A stretch of 64,000 bases of DNA from Camelus ferus (lineage: Eukaryota), in contig NC_045696.1 in NCBI RefSeq assembly GCF_009834535.1, forward strand, positions 19,222,001-19,286,000. The letters run 5' to 3'. The position numbers and the translations under genes are program-made. Shown one piece after another: positions 62,551 to 64,000 of this stretch (positions are counted from its first letter, which is position 1; every line of letters starts with the position of its first letter). The notes below the pieces were generated by a model that saw nothing but the letters and a program-made list of their open reading frames with translations, made no database searches and was not told the origin of the DNA.

Positions 62551-64000
62551 AGGGGTCCCAGGTCTTATGCCACACAAGAGCCAAGGAAAATTGGGTTCTA
62601 ACCATTAATGTAATCTGGTGACTATTTACAGACTGGCAAGGCTATGTGAAATCCTGTTTTCCAAAATAAAAATTAATATATCTCATGTTAAATTTTCTGT
62701 ATTCACTTATAAATAGAGCACAGTGAGTGGCCAGATCATGAAATTATATTGGATGGGTTGCAACTTCATTCTATTTTTAGCTCTCTTATCCAGTATATCA
62801 AATTCAGTGCTTTCACATGACACGTCTGATGCCAATAGTTTGAAGGCAATTGAGTGAGGGCTCCTTGAGTTCAGTTTGAACACTAATTGTACTGGCAATG
62901 ACAGCATCACCAACTGACTGACACTTGTTCACCAGACAGCTAGGATAAGAGAATTCATATATTGAGAACTGTGAAAGAGGTTAGAGGAAATGAGAGTGGA
63001 AAAAAATTCAGTTAATAATGAGATTTAAAAACTGATCTGTAAAGCTTAACTCCTTACTTAGACTGACATGTTATATGTCAGGCTACCTCTGTAAGAGCCG
63101 TCTATGCTGTCGCTCAGAAATAATTTCACGCGCAAGGAACTTAGTACAGGAATTAGACATCAGGAAATCTGAGGGGCAGAGGGTCTGTCTCCCCAGGAAG
63201 GGTAATTATGAGTCATTTACTGTGCTTCAGTTGCTCCCTTACGAAAGCAAAATGCATGCACTCAAAACAATCTCAAAGTTTCACAATTAAAATGTTCTCC
63301 CGAGAGTCCCTGTTTCCATGAATAATTTTTGATAAAAAAAAAAAAACTAGCCAAATCATAGTTTATGTTGGTGGGATTTTGTTGGCTTGTACATAAGCTA
63401 CAAAAATCAGTTTTAGTTAGCAATGGTGATACATTTTTTAACCCTAAAAATATCACTGTATCTTTTTCTTATTATTTATTTGCAAGGTATTTATGGATCA
63501 AGATATATGGAGGTGACATTTGAAATCCTCCTGATACGCACATCAGAACTGGTCAATCAATGTAGCTTCTTAAAATATATATACATGTATTTTTTCAGAA
63601 TGAAAAATCGTATTTCATAACAAAATAAAAATTGGAAATTACAAAAATGATACAGTACACTTTTACAATATCTCTTATGTCTTTTCTTTACAGTAGTAAA
63701 GGGAGAGAAAAAACTCTAAGTTCATACATAGCTTATGTGCCAAATAAAACATGCTTTGAAAAAATCCAGTGAGCAGTTTCATGTCTTCTGAGGCTTTAAT
63801 AACTCTTCATCCTGGAAGAAGTATTTTTACCATTAATCTCTATAATGGAGTTTTACGGTTCAGTGTTTAAATCACCAAAAGATGGTGCCATTCCTTCAGC
63901 TACTGTCTTTTAATTCCAAACATAGAACATTCTATCCCTTGTTTTCTGATACTGCATCTTAGCAAGTCCTTTCCTTTCTTTCTGACTTTCTAATAATTCT

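Noticed and set aside
63874..63892. CCAAAAGATGGTGCC as a second CTCF site
   Set aside because: Several mismatches at high-information core positions.
1..64000. A novel multi-gene biological system (defence island, operon, CRISPR, intact ERV)
   Set aside because: Eukaryotic repeat-rich DNA with no ORF over 140 aa, no gag/pol/env ORFs and no repeat-spacer array; nothing in the sequence supports such a claim.

Overview
AT-rich, CpG-depleted placental mammal genomic DNA, intergenic or deep-intronic. L1 3'-UTR types suggest a cetartiodactyl, probably a camelid (inference). I find no intact protein-coding gene, RNA gene, CRISPR array or prokaryotic system. The only recognisable cellular-gene sequence is a 5'-truncated processed RPL8 pseudogene (- strand, ~6991-7421). 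Much of the rest is decayed interspersed repeat: L1 pieces (two 5'-inverted, one internally deleted, one TSD-flanked 2 kb copy), many MaLR/ERVL/ERV1 solo LTRs, L2, MIR, hAT/Tigger MITEs and microsatellites. Repeat family names come from recalled consensus motifs, not an alignment, so subfamily labels and most boundaries are approximate. Non-repeat stretches hold a few splice-site-bounded candidate exons, a CTCF-like motif and motif-rich patches, all unverified. I could not support a novel biological system; the findings are retrotransposition and mutation signatures plus low-confidence regulatory or exon candidates.
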